Origin: Oikopleura dioica
Lineage: Eukaryota > Animalia > Chordata
Direction: 5' to 3'
NCBI GenBank assembly: GCA_907165135.1
Contig: OU015567.1
Coordinates: 7,688,001-7,752,000 of the forward strand
Length of the DNA stretch: 64,000 nucleotides
In this document: positions 1 through 13,000 of the stretch, piece after piece
How the letters are laid out: the number at the start of each line of letters is the position of its first letter
Position numbering within the stretch: position 1 is the first letter of the stretch
Program-made: the position numbers and the translations under genes
The notes under the pieces: model-generated
Databases searched by the model: none
What the model was told of the DNA's origin: nothing
Seen by the model: the letters and a program-made list of their open reading frames with translations, nothing else

Positions 1-3000
1 TTTGTGACCTAGCGGGCAATACTCACAACTACTCGGGCTTGCGAATCCATACATTTGATTATTGTAAGTTTCCAAATTCTGGAATGTTCCTGATTTGCAT
101 GGTATTTCTACAGGAGTGCTCCTGGGGCAATAAGTTCCAAATCGACATTTAATGCAGCTCGTGATATTATGTTGGCCTGTCAGAGGTTGAATAGTTCCTG
201 GAGGACATTCAGTTTGTGAACTTGAACCGACTCCACAATAGTATCCAGCGTTACATGTCTGACAAGAGGTCGCGCGCTCTACTTTGTTATAACTACCAGC
301 CGGGCAGGGAGAACAAATATGCCAGCCTACTTCGTCTATTGTCTGGTAAGTCCCAGGTGGACAGGGGGCTAGGAGCTATTTAAAATTTAATCTTTATGAT
401 GAAAATCATCAATTTCTAATAAATGATACCTGAAACTCCAGCCGCATCACATGAGAATCCTGACTCGCATGGTCTACATGAGGTCTGCCCAGTTTGAAGC
501 GTGATGGTTCCCGGCTCGCAAGGTTTGCAAAGGGCAGCTCCAGGTTCATCTTGATAGGTCATCGAAAGACATGGTAGGGGCGACGGCGAGGCTGACGGAC
601 AATAATGACCTGTCAAGCAAGTCGTGCACTGATCACTTAGCCCCTCGATTGAATTAAAAGTCCCTGGCTCGCAATCAACACAAATGTAGTTGTTGTGCTC
701 ATCGATGATTTGTCGAGTACCAACTGGACATGGATAACTTCCGATTCCGTCTTTTGTGCAAAAAAATCCACTCTCACAGATATCACAGCTTGAACTGCCT
801 AAATTAGGCGCTGTAGTGCCATTTGCACAGACAATGCAATAGTTTTGTTCGATTTCGTCCTGATATTCTCCGGCGGGACATTGAAGGCAAGGGAATTTGC
901 CATTTCCGCCTTCAGAATAATATCCCTCGCCACAATTACAATCAGTTTCTGCAGTGGCTGTCTTGTGACATTCAATATGGTCATCAACAAAGAAACAATT
1001 GGTAAAATCACTCTGGACTGCGAATGAGATTTTTCCATTCTGGTAATGTCCGACTGGCCCAGTTGTCCAAAGATTTTCGTTCAGAGAAGTGTTTGAGACG
1101 AATAACATTGTGAATTGGTCTTTTTTATGAAGAACTCTTATCCTTAAATTCTGAATGTCCACTGTTGGAATGTATTTCTTCATGGAATGAAGGCCAAAGT
1201 CATTTACTGATTTCACGTCTACCGAAAGAAATCTTCCCTTTTCATCGACATCAGAACTGATTGTCAAATAATCAGAGTCATATAAATTCGGAAGGTAATC
1301 AACGGAATCATCAAAAGCTGAAAACCACAGTGAAGTACTAAACATATTTGCGGGTATTTCGTGGGGGATCCTTGGATACGTCGCGTCACCATCTGCAAGC
1401 TCACTAGTTATCTCATATGTCTCATTGAATTGGCCTTCGTGGAGCTCTGTTGTAAAGTGTGAGCCAGCAGGACATCGGGTTTCTACATCAGCGGAACAGT
1501 AATTATTATCCGAACATGGAACTGGCGTGTCTTGATAAATTCGATGTCCAACGTCTGGGCAGAGAAAACCATCTGGACAAACTTCAGGGTGAATAGTTCC
1601 AAGTCCAGTTCCTACCCAAAACCCAGGTTGCGCTCGAGAGCAATTGAATGATGGAGATACATTGCTGTACTGCCCAAACGGACATCGTGCGCAAAGTCCT
1701 GTGCCCAAGTTGTAATATTGTCCAGGCGGACAAGGCTCACAGAATTCATCTTGTCCACGCACGTATCCGTGATTGCACTGGCAGTCATTCACGGAAGTTG
1801 CAGTTTTATAGCAGCGAAGATAATTCTCAGTATCAAAGAAACAACCTGTCCAATCTGAAGAAACTGCAGTCATTATGTTCACCATTCCAATCCAAGGCTC
1901 AGAAGCATCTCCTGGATTGTCGATTGGTTGAACATCAATATGACAAAATTTGTCTGTATGGCATAAAACTGTAAACATATTCCACTGCTGAAGGTCGATT
2001 CCTGGTAGGTATTTTTTCAGTGGTAGGAGTCCATTTGTTTGTAACTGCTGTCCGAAGATGGATGCTGGGTTGCCAATACACTAGGAGAGATTGAGAATGA
2101 AAAGGGATGAATCTCCTTACCTCGACAACAAAAACATCATATTCTTTGTATGCGAAGCAGAAGAGATAGCTATCATAGGCAACGCCTTCGGGATTCTTTG
2201 TACGTGCGAATGTTAATCGACAGTTTAAATTCTGATGAATATCTGCCCAGTTTGTAGGACACTGCTCAACATCTGTGGTTGCATATTTTCCCTCAAACTG
2301 CATGCTTATGACATCAAAATATTCAGAAGAAGGATAATTTAGCTCGTGTCTTGTTAACCAATTGGACTCTGGGTCGGATGAAAGCTCGTAAGTGACAAAA
2401 TGAGAATTTTCGGGGCATGACTGAGAAGCTTCGCCAACACCTCTGTAAGTGTTGTCTCCAAGTGGATCTGGGTACCAACCGTTGATATATCCACGACCAA
2501 TGCCCTCACAGAGAAATCCAGCAGGACAGAGAACTTCCTCTGTAGCACCAACACCGCTATCAATAAACATTTCTTCGCTCGCCCTCGTGCATTCAATCAT
2601 CCCTTCACTTGGCGTGAACAACCCGATCGGACACGGAACGCATTCTCGTGAAACGGTTCCAAATGTTCCAGCGGGACAGGCAATGCATTGTCCATTCGAG
2701 TTCAATTTATATCCTTGTGTGCAGTAGCAGTCGCTTGGTTGCGAAAATTTCTTCTGACAAATGAGCTTTGGCGGATCATTATTAGGAGTAACATAACAAG
2801 CAGCAGTGCCATTCGCATCATATATAAAGTCGTAATCGCCGATTTCTGCCCAGTTATTTCCATTGTCATACAACTGATCAAGAAGATCTTGTGTTCCACA
2901 GATTTGTTTTTCTGTTCTCGCGAAGATTTCATCTGTACCAGAAAGGAGCCTCATCTCGGTTATTTCCTTGAACCAAGTTTTTGCGTATCGAAACACTTCT

Positions 3001-6000
3001 GGCCTATGGTTATCGTGATTGCTGTTGATTGCGTTTTGAAGGATGTTGATGTTGTTGTTGCATTCGTCGCTTCTACTCTTCGTCGCATAGAAAATTTGAT
3101 CATCAATAAAGACTTTAATTGTTAGCAAGTTCTCTTCATCCCACTTCTTGTCCCAATTGTAAGTAACTTTTAGCTTGTAGATTTCATCAAGCAAAAGAGT
3201 CTTCGTTCCGAAAATATAATCTTCTTCGCTGCTTTCAAAAAGCTCCTGAGCCACGCTGCATGGTTTCTTCAAGAGCGTTAATTTCTGGGAGCCAGAGTCG
3301 TACTTGAACACAATATCTATCACAGGGTACGTCAGTTTCCAAATAATTTTATTCACATATGTTCCCGTTGTTCTGAAATAAGAGACAAAATATTGAACCT
3401 TTGCATGCGCGCAACCCGCAGGAAGTTTGTAGAAAGCGTTTTCAATGTATTCACTGTCATATTCTCCATCGGCCCTCAAATCGTATTTCAACCGCATGTA
3501 GTACTGTGAAATATCTTCGTTATTTCTAAAGTTCTTTAAAGTCCTTTCTGTAAATCCGTATAAAAACGGCTCGAATTCCACGATGCCTAAATATTCCATA
3601 TCCGAAGTTGTATTCGCCGGACACACGAATTTTGACCCACCAGTACAGTAATGTCCATCTTCACAACTTTTTGGATGAGCTTGTCCCGGGGTATCGCAAA
3701 TGGATCCTTCTGGACAAGGTTGGCATATTCCATTTGCATACGCGAACGTTCCAACAGGACATGGTTCGCATGTCATTGTTTCATTGTTGTAGAAAGCTCG
3801 GCTGAAATCGCATCTTGAGCATTTCTGAGGATGATTTGAACTTAGCTGAAGAGCAGTTCCGTCAGGGCATTTGTGACAGAGAGGATCTGCTACGTCTGCG
3901 AAGTATCCATCAGGACATTGTACGCAATTGCTTGAAACTGGTATTTCACCAAGAGGACACTTTTTAGGGACATTAAACGGGCATATGAATCCAGGTGGAC
4001 AACTTGCACAGGTTTGACCGGGCGTTGAGAACTCTCCAACAGAGCAAACTCGACATGTTCCTCCAGTTTCTAAGAAGAACCTTGAATCAACAAGTTTCAA
4101 ATTGCCTTCGTAACCGGACCCAATACTGCAATGAGTGTTCAACTGATCAGTGTAGCTAATTCTGAATGCTGGGACATAACCAGAAATCTGTTGATAGATC
4201 AAGTCCTGAGCAGAACACTGGTTGTTCGATGCGCTAACTTCAGAACAGTAAGAATCATAATTCCGCGCATCCCAAACTTCTTGATCTGGAACTGTTCCGT
4301 CTAAAATGCATTGATCTCCGTGCCGATACTTTCCAGCTCCGCAATATGTGAAATAACATTGTTCAGTGAACCAGTTGTAATCTCCATCAGATCCACTAAA
4401 AATTGCGTCGTCTGCAGATATGAACGACTCGGAAAACGCATCTCTTTGCGTATAGTAAATTTCTTCCGAGGAAATTTCCAAATCTTTAGCCGGAGTCTTT
4501 TTGGCAAATGTTATGCCAAGCGCTTTTGGTCGAAAGTTCTCGATTCTCAGCCCGTGTAAGTCAAGATCAAAGGTACTCCCAAACACAAAATACGCGTTTG
4601 AAACACCTGATATTGATTCAATGGGAAGGTATATTTCTGAGCTCATCGAAAGCACTTGGCTTCCGCCGCTGTATGAGATTTTTACTTCGTAACTTGGGAA
4701 ATTCTTAATGTTTCCGTAGAATTGTGAGATTTCAAATTGGTAAATGTCATTATCTGCAATGTATATCCACGCTGATCGGTACTGTATGTAAGCAGAATTA
4801 TCATCATCCAGTCGGATAGTAAACATTATTTGTTTTCCAGGATAATCAATTTTATATTCGACGTAAATAAAACTCTCGTCGGCTGCGTATTCGATCAAAA
4901 ATTACGATTACCTTATTATCAAAAAATATGTATATTAATTATTTTTGACCTTTGCTGATTTTCTTAATCTGAAAAGAGTGCATCCAAGCAGGCAGTATTT
5001 ATTACCTTCTTTAGTAAGTTTCATGATTTTTAATCAACAAAATTTTAAACAAGCAATTATCATATTTTCAATTTACGTTTCATCAAAATATGAAACCACT
5101 AACTGAATTCAGCGGGATGTCAACGTCATTCTCAATATTCGATCGGAGTGGCCCAGAGAAGGAAAGCATGATATTCAGAAAATAACTTCCAGTGAAAGTA
5201 TCCATGGTCATGTGCGAAGCATCAGAAGTACCAATATTTCCAATTTTTTGGTTATTTGTAAGTTGGAAGGGATAATTCAACTGTTCCCGAATTTTGAAGT
5301 CTTTGATCAGATAATTATCAAGGCAGGACGAGACAGGCGGGCCATCAAATCGCAGATAGTATTCTTTTCGAAGACTACCTTGAGTTTTATTGATCGAATA
5401 AGTTTTGACATGAACTTCATTGAGGCGTACAACTATCTTCTGCCCTGGTACATCATGGTTGAGCTGTGTAATGATTTGGATCGAATTCCATTTATTCAAC
5501 CTGAGATTGAGTTCTTCTACCAAATCATCGTCAAAAAGAATAACCAGCTTCTTGTCTGTTCCCAAAAGCTTTACTTTTATATGATTTGACCTAAGAGTGC
5601 CAGCATACCAGTGAAAAATGACATAATTTGAACATAACATATCCTCTTCAGGAGCAAAAATTTGAAAGCGAAGGCGATTTCGAAAGCGTAAAAAGTTGTA
5701 CTGCACGTTCAAATGAGAACCAAGGCTTTGAAGAGTCAGTTCATCATCTGGAGCTATAACTACGCCATCATCTTTGATGTACGATTGTATCCAAAAACCA
5801 TCTTCTTTTTCAACATAGAGGTCACCGTTTCTTGTCATCAACTCGTAATCGAAAATCGTTTTGACGGAAAGTGATTCTTCTGAAAGGAAAATGGAGCTGG
5901 CGCCTTCTATGTAATTGTTATAGTTGATCATTGTCTTATAAATCCAGCTTGATGGGGGAACCGATGGAATAACTGCTAGTTCTAGGGGAGAAATGGAGCT

Positions 6001-8741
6001 TCTCTCTGTATTGACTTTGCAACAGCCTTTGAACCAATTTACAGATTTGTCGGGACTAACATAAAACGACGGAGAAACACTTTTAGCGGTAAAATACTGC
6101 GTCTTTTCTTCTCGCCAATTTGTGGAATCTTGATTGTAATCCGCGCCCAGAGCATTCGTTATTACTTTAGGAGTTGATGATTTATCCGGCTTTAGAATTT
6201 GCAGTTCAAAATTTTGCGGGTCGAATCCTTCATATTCGAAAGCAACGAGGTCAAAGTCGACAGCTTTGTTGTGTTGCCAAGGCGGGTAGAATATAACATT
6301 GACTGGTGCTTGATCTAATAAACGTCGAGTAAATGTCTCAGAGCAGACTACATTCGACACTAAGATTTCATCCTTTTTGAAGCCGATTCGGTAAGTGATA
6401 TGTCCATTTTCCAGCATCAAAGTATCTATTCGAATCTGATATTCAGAATTAGCAGAAAATTGTGCATACTCCGTCTCACAAGAAGAAAATGAAGGATTTC
6501 CATCAATTATACCAAATTTGATAATCGGGAAATTCTCGTGCGAAAATTTGAAGTACAAAAGAAGATGATGAAGTAAGTCGATAACAACAAAGTCTTCTGA
6601 TTCGCAATTCTCGTAGTCAATGGAACTCATGCCATCGAAGTCACCAAAGTCATCGATTGAATGGCAAGGTACGACGTCCATGTTACTTATTATGACATTG
6701 ATAGAAAATAATCCAGTAAAATCGTGCAATAACCATCCTCCTGCAGGAAAATGAGACCCAGAATTGTGATACTCGTTTAAAACGTTAGCAATTCTTCCAG
6801 CTGTATTTTCTTTTGTGATGAATTTGTAGCGATTGTGTTCTTGCAAGGTTCAATTTGGTGTTGGTTTTTGAAAGCGATAAAAATTGTTCGAATGATAGTT
6901 TCAGTGACTTTAAAATCAAGAACCCGTTCCTATTATAGTGAAGTCTTTGATCCAGGACCTTTCAGATGGATTTTTGGTTGGAAAATTGACGTCGAACGGT
7001 TTTTTCGAGTAGTAAGCTGACTTTGGAGAAAGTTCAAAAACGTTGAATAGCTTCATCGGTGAGCTCGCCCATTCGTTTCCGGCCTCGTCTTTTCTGATGA
7101 CTTTGACGGTCAAAGAATGAGAATCTCGTTCTTCGTAAACTTCAAGTTCGATAAGATTCCATTTGTTTGCCGCGAGATTCTTTTGCCTGTAATCCCCGTT
7201 TTCATTTTTAACCACTATAGCTGAAGCTTTATCTTTGTATTTTACTTGCAAAAATGTTTCGCCTGACTCAGCAAATTTTATATTGAAGAAATAATTAGTC
7301 GATTCTCCCGGGCCCGAAAATGGAATCTGAATATAAATGATATTTTATACGATTATAGAGAGCTTGCTTACATTTTCATCGGGGTAGATTTGAAATCGGA
7401 CTCGAAATGAAGCCGGAAATAAATCGATTTGCGTATCATAAGAGCTCATTAACGATTGTGTTCGGACAGGGCCAGAAATAATTGTATGCTCAGGGTTAAG
7501 ATAAGCTTTTCTGAAGTATCCGTCTTCTCCCAAAGATACTTCAATTTGAGATCTAACGGAACCAATGCTCTCTGAATGAATCAAGTCTAAGTTCGTGTAT
7601 TCTTCAGAAGCTAGAGATTCGATATCTTCTCCATAGTTGTGAGCCAGATTGATAATGGAAGTGTAAGTCCAGGCGCGTGGCTCTACTGATGGTATTTTGT
7701 CAAATTGATGAGGACTTATTGTTGTTCGAGGTGAGGTTGGATCAGCATCGCATGGAAGAAGAGTATGAACGCCAGTAGAGTCACACACAGCTCCGTAAGG
7801 ACAATCAAAGCATTGACCTTCGACAATATATTTGTCGGGAGAGGCACATGTCTCTTCAACTTTCATTTCTGGGCAGTACTCTTTTCGGCAAACAACTTGA
7901 AGAATATCTGCAGAATCTGCCATTTGAATCGTTTCTGTTGTAAGTAGAATCTTGGCGTACTTTTTCACATCCGAATACTGCTCACCATCTACCCAAGGGT
8001 ATTCATTCCAACCTACGAAATTGGTATAGCTTTCGTCTGGATTTTTAAACACTCCCGAGGTATCCAAGGCTGTCAGACCTGTCCAAGCATCAAGGAACCC
8101 ATAAGAAAGGTATTTTTCAAACTCTTCTTCAGTTTTGAAATACGCAAGCTCCATTCCATCTGCTTCGCATTCTTCGACTCCCGAAGAATAAGGACCGGGA
8201 ATACCAAGATCCGTGAAATGAACACAATCAATTGGAGGTGCGCTTGGAGTGCACTCATAGATCCGACAATACAGGTCGCCATCAACGGTTGATGAACTAC
8301 AGTCTTCACTGTTCGTGACGAGAAGCTCTCCATCTTCCTCGATTAAACGAGCGCACTGGTTACCATCGTCGAATAAATCAATTGTGACGTTAGTAAATCG
8401 AGCGATATCACTAAATGATCCGTCGGGATTCCACCAGTTGTAATCTTTGAGAGTCAATCCAAGCCAGCCAACGGAGTTTTCAGTAGTCTTTCATTCTGGT
8501 TAAATAAGTATTCTTATCTCGTCAAAACAGTGCATTTGCTAGCCATGTCCTGAAGGTATTTCTCGAGCTCCTCGTTCGAACTAAAAAACGGAAGTGTCCC
8601 TTGCCTACTAGCACAAGAATCAGCCGCACTTGCATAAGAAATACCCACTCCATTTGAAATTGTTTTCACAAAGTTAACACACTCAATGCCTTGTGCTTTT
8701 ATCACTGGTAGAAAAAGAAATATAAATAGTCTCTCCACCAT
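1..8741 (-). CDS. Giant multi-exon secreted/surface protein: signal peptide, C-type-lectin-like domains, LamG-like beta-rich segments and many GCC2/GCC3 (ephrin-receptor-like) Cys-rich repeats; 3' end lies beyond the window
   Basis: Consecutive minus-strand ORFs 8514-8741 (MVERLFIFLFLPVIKAQ signal peptide, then CASRQGTLPFF), 7345-8457 (CEADGMELAYF...AWTGL lectin-like), 6916-7251, 5083-6846, 1935-4898 and 416-1978, separated by short gaps. Repeats of type CPAGTFGTVSRECVPCPIGLF. Frame still open at base 1 (…SCEYCPLGHK). Confidence 0.8.
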
Positions 8742-8912
8742 TATTACGACGAATGAACTTTACTTTAGACAAAATAAGCTTGGATGTCATTTATGAATAT
8801 TTGATGAATATATTCATGGATTCTGACGGAAGCATCTTCGCGAATTTTCGCCCTCGAACTCTATTCATTATATTATATTTCGTTACGAATGTCTTCTTTA
8901 TCATCAAATCTT

Positions 8913-9083
8913 AGGTGCACTTGCTAAGACAGCTGCAGATCATAAGGTGCATTAATTAGTTGTCTCTGATGATCCGAGCGCAGACTAGCAGCTGGTAAGG
9001 TGCACCAACGGACACCTTGAGCTTTCATCATAATTTCATCTACAAGGTGCACTTGGCGCCATTGAGTACAGGTTCCATATAAA
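8913..9083 (+). promoter_or_regulatory. bHLH proximal promoter/enhancer: 5x AGGTG motifs, 2x CAGCTG E-boxes, TATA box
   Basis: AGGTGCA at 8913, 8945, 8998 and 9045; CACCTT at 9013; CAGCTG at 8930 and 8989; TATAAA at 9078. Retained in the duplicate. Confidence 0.6.
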
Positions 9084-9155
9084 CAGACAGTTGAGAGCAA
9101 ACGATCATCAAATCAAAATCAAAGCACTAATCAACAACAAAAACCAAGAATCACC

Positions 9156-9698
9156 ATGACAGGCAAAATCCTCTTCACCAAGTCAGGCAAACGCAAGCAA
9201 TACCGATCTCCAGAAGCCATTCTCCGTCGAAACGACCAAGAACGCGCCCGTCAAAAAGAAATGAACGAAGCTTTCGACGCTCTCCGCAAAGTCATTCCAA
9301 ACGGCGAGTGGAAAGGAAAGAAAAAGTCCAAATGCGAAACTCTTCAAGGAGCGATCGAGCACATTGAAAATCTTCTCGAACTTCTTGCAACTCCTGGACC
9401 AACTGTTTACGATCAGAACTGTGCAAACTACTACTCTTCGCCAACTTCGTCCTTGGATCAGAGTGGCTATTCCTACGGCTCTTCCGGCTACGGTTCGCCT
9501 AATTCATCATTGACTCAAGACCAAAATTGTTTCCCGCAAATGCCTCATCTTCAGACAGCAAGCCCAGAATACCAGTATTTCGAGCAATACCCTGATCTCT
9601 CCAACGCCCTTTCGTGCTTTCCTTTCATCCCGACTGAAGAAGACACTCCTTTGCCGCCTCTAGTTTCTTCATCTTCTGCCCGTTACTCTCCCTATTAA
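9156..9698 (+). CDS. Intronless bHLH transcription factor, achaete-scute (ASCL)-like, 180 aa; copy 1
   Basis: RRNDQERARQKEMNEAFDALRKVIP...KKKSKCETLQGAIEHIENLLELL fits the ASCL pattern RRNxxERxR...KKxSKxETLxxAxxYIxxL. TATAAA at 9078-9083 and AATAAA just after the stop. Confidence 0.85.
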   Translation: MTGKILFTKSGKRKQYRSPEAILRRNDQERARQKEMNEAFDALRKVIPNGEWKGKKKSKCETLQGAIEHIENLLELLATPGPTVYDQNCANYYSSPTSSLDQSGYSYGSSGYGSPNSSLTQDQNCFPQMPHLQTASPEYQYFEQYPDLSNALSCFPFIPTEEDTPLPPLVSSSSARYSPY

Positions 9699-10035
9699 AA
9701 ATGCACCCCATGTATATATCAAAAATAAAAAAAAGACTAACTACCGACTAATAAACCGCCCGTTAGAAATTATCCGTCCTTTGAGTTACTAAAGCGCCCT
9801 CTATCGACCAGAAAAAATGTTTTTTTCTCGGCGACAAACCTCCATCGCGCGTGATTGGCCGTCAACGGAGAAAGCTGCTAAAGGAAATCGCCAAAGCGCG
9901 CAAAAACGCGCTCGCGCCGCTTTTTCTCTTTTTATTTTTCTGAGTTTGAGTTTTGCACATTTTCTGTTTGCCAAGCTCTGCCTCACTCAATCATTCGATT
10001 CTTTACGAACATGCTCCGGTAGAGAATAAACCGAA

Positions 10036-13000
10036 ATGGCAAAAATAGAAGCCGAGCTAGAATCGGTGAAGAGCCATCTGGCGCTTCTTAGGGGCGAGTT
10101 CTCAAAGTGCCAAAAGAGAAATTTGGAGCTAGAATCGCAAATAACCGCCCGTGGAGGAACCGTCAATCAGTTCAATCTACCTGCAAGGTACTCCCAATTC
10201 TCCAACTTCAACTAATCTTACAAAATCAAGTCTATCAAAACAAGCCCAATCCCTCTTCAAAAATGCTGCCTTATCAGACATCGAGCTTCAAATCTCCGAA
10301 AAAGAAACCTTCAGTGCTCATAGATTTCTTCTCGCTGCAAGATCCGATGTTTGGTCTCCAGGAACTCTTCAAAATACGAATTCTCTTGATCTTTCGAAAT
10401 ATTCTCAAAAGGAAAAGTTGCGATTTTATTTTTCTTGCAAGTCAAATCTAAATAATATCTGTTTTCTCAACTTTAAAAGTGCAATATGGCGATGCTAAAC
10501 TGGCTCTACACAGATCTCGTCCCTCAACTGGAAGAAAATCACGTGATAGAACTTATGCATATGGCGAAAGAATTCCAGCTAATCGACCTTTCCCGCAGAA
10601 CAGAAGATGCTCTCAAGCCGATGGTAACGAGGCACAATTGCGTCAAGTTCTATCAGCTGGCGGAGGAAATCGAGTCTAAAAGCCTCATCGATTACACTGG
10701 CGAAATCGTCAGTCAACACTGGGAACAACTCGGCGCGAAAGAACTAGCCGCAGTGAAAGCTCCTCTCCTTTACGAAATGCTGAAGAGAAAGTCCAACGAT
10801 CCTCTTCATCGAGCTATACGAGCAGAAAGAGAAGACGTGGTGTTCCTCTATCTGATTGAATTCGACAGCCAAACTTCTCAAAAACTCAACGAAGCAAACG
10901 ACGCCGGGCTCTTTCCTTTGGACATAGCAATAGCAGCGCAGAATGAGTCGCTGGCGAAAGTGTTGACTTCTCACAATGCGAACATAAACAGGAAAGACAA
11001 ACAAGGGTCCACCCTCGTCCAGCGTTATATCAGCGAGTCGAACAAATGGGCTGTGGAATTTCTTCTCGACGCTGGCGCGCGACTTGACCTTGTGGATAAT
11101 AAAAACGAAAGCGTGCTGCATTACCTAGCGAAAAAGTAAGCCTTGGCGACTTGAAATCGACGACGGAGAAGATTCTCATCAGCTCAAATGTCAATTGCCA
11201 GAATGAAAATGGCGAAACGGCGCTCCATCAAGCAATAGAAACGAACAACCTAGATCTGATTTCCCTTTTGCTTTCGCAGAATCCGAATTTGGAACTTGTC
11301 GATGATCAGCAACGAACTGTTTTGCTCAAAGCTCTTGAATCGAAGAACGCGTCTAAATTGGCAAAGATCTTGATCGAAGCTGGTGCCGATTCTACTGCGG
11401 CGAATCCGGAGGGTGATTCTATCGTGCAAGTTTTAATCAAAGCGAAGAAATTCAAACAGGCAGAGATTCTCATACAATCGGGCGATCCTGACTTGGAACA
11501 TGCAAATAACGCTGGCGAGGCGGTTATCCATACAGTTTTACTTGAAGATAATGCCAAATTGGTTGATATTCTAGTGGAAAACAGGGTCAATGTGAATTCG
11601 ATTATGCCAGATCGTGAGATGAAAGGGCAAATCATCGGCGGCAGCGCGCTACATTTGAGTCTACAGATGGAGAGCGAGAAAAACACGAAGCTCATTCTAA
11701 ATAAAATGAAGGAAGATCAACTCAAAATTGAAGGGGATAACAGTTCACGATCTGCACTTGACCAGTGTCTGAAAAACCAATGGACGGACAAGGCCGAAAC
11801 TCTTCTTGAACTTGGAGCAGACGTAGATCAAATCCTGGGTGGAAATCCAATTCTGATAAATGCTTTAAATTCAAGTGCCGAGAAGTCTGCGCTTTTCCTC
11901 CTTGGCAACGGGGCTGATCCAAATCTCGCGTCATCTCTTAACGAGACTCCATTAGAGTTAGCGGTGAAAAATTCTCTTGGCCAGGCAGTTTGTACTCTTT
12001 GCATCAACGGCGCTGATAAAGAGAAGCCGGATGTCAATGGAAATGTCCCTCTTTGGAATGCTATCAATATGGAGTTATTCGACATTGCCGAGACACTCGT
12101 TCACCAAGGAGCCGATGTGAACAGCTGGTCAAAAACGGCAAATGGGGCGGTAGAATGGACACTTCTACACAGGACGCTAGAAATTGGCAACGAAATGGGA
12201 GCCAGTTTTCTGATCAACAACCGTGCGGATATCGACGTCTCGCCCAAAGTTGATAAAGACTTGTTGAATGAGTTCGAATTGACGCAAAAGGGAGACGAAG
12301 AAGAAATCGAAAAACCTTCTGAAGCATCATCTTTTGGCGACAGACCAAAGACACTAGAAGAAATCTTAAAAGGAGCTGGAGGAAATTCGAAGAAAAAGAA
12401 GAAGGAGAAATCGCCAAATCCATTCGGGGACGATTCAGATTCGGATGACGATAATCCTTTTGGCAAGGACTCTGATGATGACGAAAGTGAATCGAATCCA
12501 TTTGGATCGAGCACGAGGAGTTCCAAGAGGAGTTTTTCCTCGACAATTTCAAAGGAAAGGTGCTTTATAAATTATAAATTATGATATTGAAAATCTTTGA
12601 AATTTGTGTAACTAAAAATGTTATCAAGGTTTTCCAAAAGAAAGCATCTCCAAGGCATCGTCTCGCGGCGGAATCGTCCAAAAACCACCTCAGAAGAAAT
12701 ACCAATTCCCTCTTCACACCGTGGCCAGCCGCGGCTACTACATCGTCCTGAATGCGTTACTCGATAGAAATGTCGATTTGAATAAAGCTGATTCTGATGG
12801 AAACACTGCCATGCACTTGTCGATTATTTATGAGCATAAGGATGTGACAGAAATGCTGATCGACCATCGGAACATTAATTTGCGCCTTCAAAATAACGAT
12901 GGATTGACGCCTTTTGCCACGGCGCTCAGGGTCAAGAACACGAAAGCAGCTGAGAGGTAAAACGTGTTGTACGGGTTTTGCTGAATCGCGATCTTGTTCA

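Larger units (their letters stand above)
8876..9735 (+). repeat. Segmental duplication unit A (promoter + bHLH CDS + polyA signal); inverted copy at 47519-48381
   Basis: Manual alignment to the reverse complement of 47519-48381 is near-identical from attt(t)cgttacgaat to atcaaaaataaaaaaaag; flanks are unrelated. Confidence 0.95.

Noticed and set aside
9156-9698. Assignment of the bHLH as Mesp or MyoD/MRF
   Set aside because: Basic region and helix 2 (RRNxxERxR, KKxSKxETL) fit achaete-scute better; no symbol given without a phylogeny.
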